A stretch of DNA of 34,802 nt, taken from Candidatus Altiarchaeales archaeon IMC4. Its GTDB lineage: Archaea; Altiarchaeota; Altiarchaeia; IMC4. How positions within the stretch are numbered: the first letter of the stretch is position 1; every line of letters starts with the position of its first letter. This document shows positions 32,706 through 34,802 of this stretch, piece after piece. The DNA lies in the NCBI GenBank assembly GCA_001742785.1, contig MCBF01000001.1, forward strand, positions 147,335 to 182,136, written 5' to 3'. The translations under genes were made by a program, and so were the position numbers. The notes beneath the pieces were generated by a model. It was given only the letters and a program-made list of their open reading frames with translations. It made no database searches and was not told the DNA's origin.

Positions 32706-33869
32706 ATGAAACTCAGGCAGAAAATCGAGGATTTCCGGGTTGAGGAGGTGGGCACATTCGGCCTTCAGGATACCGGCAAATATAAACTTTATCTGCTTGA
32801 AAAGCGGGGGCTGGAATCCTTTGCGCTTTTATCCTACCTCTCAAAGGAGAACAGGATACCAAGAAATAGTTTCGGGTTTGCCGGCCTGAAGGATAAGTAC
32901 GCGGTAACAAGGCAGTACCTGACCGTCCCTTCGCAGTACGAGATCAAAACCTTAAACGAGAGGAATTTTAATATAACCCTTCTGGGGTTTGTCAAAAGCG
33001 CCGTTAAAATCGGTGATTCTGCCGGCAACAGATTCGAGATAACCGCAAGGGACATAAAAGGGGAGGATCTGCAAGAGATAGACGAGAGGGCATCATCCCT
33101 CAAAACCGTGGGTGTTCCGAATTATTTCGATTCGCAGAGATTCGGAAGCGTAGTTAAAAACAAATTCATCGCAAGATCGATTGTAAAAAAAGACTACGAA
33201 GAAGCGGTCAGGTTGTTCCTCACAGGTTACGCAAGACGTGAAAAGGCGGGCATAAAACATGAAAAAATACATATATCGAAGAACTGGGATAACGTCTCGA
33301 ATTTAAACATAAAAAACCTCCTTTTTGCGAGGATAATCGATGAATACAAGAAAACAGGCAGCTGGCTTTGTGCGTACAAAAGAATACCCTGCAACCTGAG
33401 GGAGATGTTCGCTCTCGCATACCAGAGCTATTTATGGAATGAATGCGTAAAGCTGGTTTTAAAATGCGCGCTCAATGAGAAAAAAATTTACGGCGTAGAA
33501 TACAATCTGGGGGAGCTGTTATTTTATAACGACATCGGCCCGGACGAACTGAAAAAAATTCCAGAAACATTCAAAACTATATGCCTCGGGGTTAAGCCAT
33601 CTGAATTCGAAGAAAAGATAATAAACGAAGTGCTGTCAAGGGAGGGAGTCACGATCGACGATTTTGACATTAAAAAAGAAACCGAAATGTTTTTCGGGGT
33701 GTATGAAAGGAACACAATCGTAACCCCTGCCGACTTTAAAATATCCCCTCCGGAGGTTGACGAATTGAATGATAATGGAAAAAACAAAAGATTTAAACTG
33801 GCCGTTAATTTCACGCTGCCCAAGGGATGCTATGCGACGGTTGTCACAAAAAGGATATTTAACAACTGA
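32706..33869 (+). CDS. truD: tRNA pseudouridine synthase TruD/Pus7 family
   Basis: 387 aa. Motifs: EDFRVEE, GLKDKYAVTRQ (catalytic Asp), NYFDSQRFG. Confidence 0.88.
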   Translation: MKLRQKIEDFRVEEVGTFGLQDTGKYKLYLLEKRGLESFALLSYLSKENRIPRNSFGFAGLKDKYAVTRQYLTVPSQYEIKTLNERNFNITLLGFVKSAVKIGDSAGNRFEITARDIKGEDLQEIDERASSLKTVGVPNYFDSQRFGSVVKNKFIARSIVKKDYEEAVRLFLTGYARREKAGIKHEKIHISKNWDNVSNLNIKNLLFARIIDEYKKTGSWLCAYKRIPCNLREMFALAYQSYLWNECVKLVLKCALNEKKIYGVEYNLGELLFYNDIGPDELKKIPETFKTICLGVKPSEFEEKIINEVLSREGVTIDDFDIKKETEMFFGVYERNTIVTPADFKISPPEVDELNDNGKNKRFKLAVNFTLPKGCYATVVTKRIFNN

Positions 33870-33890
33870 TCTTTGTTAAACTATCTGTTT

Positions 33891-34697
33891 CTAAGGCAGT
33901 TCTCCTTCTGCCATGCCTTTCACAAGGTCTGTTTTTGTCAGAATGCCCGCCACAAGCGACGTCCCGCTGACGACCGGAAGCCCGGATATTTTGCGGTCAA
34001 GCATTATTTTAACTGCATCCGAGACGGTATCGTCCTTTGTGATTGTCGCAGGCCCCCTTGTCATGAAGTCGTCGACCTTAAGCCTGTGGATGTCGGCGTG
34101 CTTGTACTTGTCAAGCGCCCTCCTGAATTCACGAAGCCCCGATGCTATGTCCTTTTCGGAAAGAATGCCTTTTAACACGTCGTCATCAACCACGAGAAGC
34201 AGGTTAACGCCTGCATCGATCATGGCTTTCCTTGCGTGGACTATGGTTGTCCCCGGAGGCAGTTCGAGGGGTTTTTTGCGGTAAAAATCCCCGATTTTCT
34301 TTTTTGAATTCACAAGCTCCTTGATTAAGTCGGTTTTTGTAACGATGCCCGTTATCTTACCGTCCTCTACTATGGGAAGCGCCGATACACTATCCTCGAT
34401 CATCATCTTGGCCGCGTCAATTATCCCCGTATCGGGCGATATTGTTTTAAGGTCCATGATTACCGATGACGAGACGTGGAAATGGGTCTCGCGCATTTTA
34501 TTCTCGGTTGCAAGGTCGTGAGCATCCGCAAGTTTTCTTGCGATGTCCCGCCCGGTCACGATTCCTATAATTTCGTCATTCTCTCTCACGAGCAGATGCG
34601 ATATGTGCCTTTTTTCCATTATGTCCATCGCCTCTACAAGACTCTGGTGCTTGTTTATCGAGGCAATGTCCGTTGTCGCCTTAATTTTGTTTTTCAT
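33891..34697 (-). CDS. Protein with four tandem CBS domains
   Basis: 268 aa with four repeats of the CBS pattern (e.g. HLLVRENDEIIGIVTGRDI, ALPIVEDGKITGIVTKTDL, LLLVVDDDVLKGILSEKDI, GLPVVSGTSLVAGILTKTDL). Confidence 0.85.
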   Translation of the reverse strand: MKNKIKATTDIASINKHQSLVEAMDIMEKRHISHLLVRENDEIIGIVTGRDIARKLADAHDLATENKMRETHFHVSSSVIMDLKTISPDTGIIDAAKMMIEDSVSALPIVEDGKITGIVTKTDLIKELVNSKKKIGDFYRKKPLELPPGTTIVHARKAMIDAGVNLLLVVDDDVLKGILSEKDIASGLREFRRALDKYKHADIHRLKVDDFMTRGPATITKDDTVSDAVKIMLDRKISGLPVVSGTSLVAGILTKTDLVKGMAEGELP

Positions 34698-34802
34698 TTT
34701 CCTGTAGTGGCTTCTTTTTTATATTATGGTCTTATGAAATGTAGTTTAATGAATATATTTATAGTATGTGATTTTTATTCTGGAACTTTTAATTGATTAC
34801 AT

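Overview
Compact archaeal chromosomal fragment, roughly 50% GC by eye, with many 1-4 nt gene overlaps. The split rpoB, Hef and archaeal-type ribosomal proteins suggest a euryarchaeal or DPANN-like lineage, but I cannot place it more precisely.

Gene content, left to right:
- Left edge: a 5'-truncated IS4/IS1634-like transposase and a RelE-like toxin with no canonical antitoxin ORF. On the minus strand follows a metallophosphoesterase-Hef operon.
- Centre: the transcription/translation super-cluster rpoH, rpoB'', rpoB', rpoA (A' and A'' in one ORF), L30e, NusA, S12. This is joined directly to S8, L6, L32e (one ORF with a DJ-1/PfpI domain), L19e, L18, S5, L30.
- Right half: Ca/Na antiporter, pyrB, an AbiEi/AbiEii module, argG, a CBS protein plus cation/H+ antiporter, GlyRS, an Arch_ATPase-type NTPase, nadC and a KH/Dim2-like protein.
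- Right end: hypC, hypD, an AT-rich orphan ORF, hypA, hypB, hypE, then truD and a 4xCBS protein.

I saw no rRNA, tRNA or CRISPR array.

The strongest signal not explained by genes is a family of hairpin-rich palindromic intergenic elements. Their architecture is purine box, HP1, GGNCACC, HP2, GCGTGTC, purine box. They occur at six loci (seven units). The linkers are conserved while the hairpin stems covary. Copies sit inside normally gap-free junctions (rpoB'/rpoA, L30e/nusA, L19e/L18), and one copy is flanked by a 47-bp duplication of a gene 3' end.

Other notable points are the fused rpoA, the L32e-DJ-1 fusion, the direct S12-to-S8 operon junction, and the low-GC orphan ORF splitting the hyp cluster.
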